Positions 13,229 to 14,509 of a DNA stretch of 14,509 bases are shown here, in pieces (the stretch's first letter is position 1; each line of letters opens with the position of its first letter). The DNA is from a virus (taxonomy: Duplodnaviria > Heunggongvirae > Uroviricota > Caudoviricetes): the IMG/VR virus record IMGVR_UViG_2778261353_000006. The stretch is one strand, 5' to 3'. The translations under genes were made by a program, and so were the position numbers. The notes beneath the pieces are model-generated. The model was given only the letters and a program-made list of their open reading frames with translations, had not been told where the DNA came from and did no database searches.

Positions 13229-14509
13229 ATGAAATATCCGACAGGCGTGGAAAACCATGGAGGGAAATTACGTATCTGGTTTGTTTATAAAGGTGTAAGA
13301 ATCAGGGAAAATCTTGGGGTTCCTGACACGGCAAAAAACAGGCGCATTGCAGGTGAGCTGCGCGCCTCTGTTTGTTACGCAATAAAAACTGGTGTTTTCG
13401 ACTATGCAAAACAGTTTCCCTCCTCACACAATCTGGAAAAATTTGGTGAGGCCCGACAAGATTTAACCATAAAGGAACTGGCTGAAAAATTTCTGGCACT
13501 GAAAGAAACGGAAGTCGCAAAAACGTCACTCAACACGTACCGTGCCGTCATCAAAAATATTCTGAGCATAATCGGTGAAAAAAATCTTGCATCGTCGATT
13601 AATAAAGAAAAATTGCTGGCGGTACGTAAAGAGTTACTTACTGGATACCAGATCCCCAAAAGTAATTATATTGTTACGCAACCGGGGAGATCGGCTGTCA
13701 CCGTAAATAATTACATGACAAATCTTTACGCCGTGTTCCAGTTTGGTGTTGATAACGGTTACCTGGCAGATAATCCGTTTAAGGGGATCTCGCCATTAAA
13801 GGAATCAAGAACCATTCCTGATCCTCTTTCACGGGAGGAATTTATCCGTCTTATCGACGCCTGCAGAAATCAGCAGGCCAAAAATTTATGGTGTGTTTCT
13901 GTTTATACTGGCGTTCGCCCTGGTGAGCTGTGTGCACTTGGGTGGGAGGACATAGATCTGAAAAATGGAACAATGATGATCAGGAGAAATTTAGCAAAAG
14001 ATCGTTTTACGGTACCGAAAACACAGGCTGGTACCAATCGGGTAATTCACCTTATCAAGCCTGCAATCGACGCTCTCAGGAGTCAGATGACACTAACGAG
14101 GCTGAGCAAAGAACATATTATTGACGTTCACCTCAGAGAGTTTGGCAGAACGGAAAAACAAAAATGCACATTTGTTTTTCAACCTGAAGTGTCAGCGAGA
14201 GTAAAAAATTATGGTGACCATTTCACCGTTGACTCAATAAGGCAGATGTGGGACGCAGCGATAAAGCGCGCTGGCCTCCGCCACCGCAAATCATATCAGT
14301 CGAGACATACTTATGCCTGCTGGTCGCTGACAGCCGGTGCCAACCCGGCATTCATAGCAAACCAGATGGGACATGCAGATGCGCAAATGGTGTTTCAGGT
14401 ATACGGGAAATGGATGTCTGAAAACAATAATGCACAGGTAGCCCTGTTAAATACACAGCTAAGCGAGTTTGCCCCAACCATGCCCCAAAACGAGGCGGCG
14501 CAAAATTAA
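13229..14509 (+). CDS. int: tyrosine site-specific integrase (426 aa)
   Basis: ATG at 13229; catalytic region ...LRHRKSYQSRHTYACWSLTAGANPAFIANQMGHADAQMVFQVYGKW (R, HxxR, H, Y). TAA is the last codon of the window, so attP/attL should lie just beyond. Confidence 0.9.
   Translation: MKYPTGVENHGGKLRIWFVYKGVRIRENLGVPDTAKNRRIAGELRASVCYAIKTGVFDYAKQFPSSHNLEKFGEARQDLTIKELAEKFLALKETEVAKTSLNTYRAVIKNILSIIGEKNLASSINKEKLLAVRKELLTGYQIPKSNYIVTQPGRSAVTVNNYMTNLYAVFQFGVDNGYLADNPFKGISPLKESRTIPDPLSREEFIRLIDACRNQQAKNLWCVSVYTGVRPGELCALGWEDIDLKNGTMMIRRNLAKDRFTVPKTQAGTNRVIHLIKPAIDALRSQMTLTRLSKEHIIDVHLREFGRTEKQKCTFVFQPEVSARVKNYGDHFTVDSIRQMWDAAIKRAGLRHRKSYQSRHTYACWSLTAGANPAFIANQMGHADAQMVFQVYGKWMSENNNAQVALLNTQLSEFAPTMPQNEAAQN

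Noticed and set aside
1-14509. CRISPR arrays, tRNA/rRNA genes, IS elements or transposase genes
   Set aside because: No regularly spaced short repeats with unique spacers, no tRNA-like T-loop consensus, no transposase-like ORF or terminal inverted repeats; the repeats present are explained as iterons, operators or RNA stems.

Overview
This window reads as the immunity-to-integrase half of a Qin-like (DicA/DicC-immunity) lambdoid prophage in an E. coli-type genome. All calls rest on reading the six-frame translations and the DNA by eye; no searches were run, and family names come from recalled motifs and gene order. Minus strand, from dicC leftward: dicC (cro-like), a YdaT-like protein, an O-like replication initiator with internal iterons, a P-like helicase loader, three small unknown proteins, a DUF551 protein, a coupled 27-aa hydrophobic peptide, an intrinsic terminator, an ORF6N/KilA-N protein, a complete hok/sok type I toxin-antitoxin locus, a rem-like gene, a 92-aa unknown, a DUF968 (YdfU-like) protein, and rusA truncated at the window start. 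Plus strand, from dicA rightward: dicA, ydfA, ydfB, ydfC, an AT-rich 135-aa gene with a convergent 77-aa gene, a GC-rich structured non-coding block, a DicF-like sRNA, dicB, ydfD, an 823-aa exoVIII/YdfE-like protein with a C-terminal DEDDh exonuclease domain, an excisionase, and a tyrosine integrase whose stop is the last base of the window. Several real features are absent from the ORF track because they are short or truncated (hok, ydfB, rusA, the 27-aa peptide), and several track ORFs begin at GTG/TTG codons that are not the likely starts. No rRNA, tRNA, CRISPR array or transposase was seen. The most novel-looking candidate is the AT-rich convergent gene pair at 8746-9364 together with the adjacent structured RNA region; the remaining findings are regulatory RNA and origin features that the ORF track does not explain.
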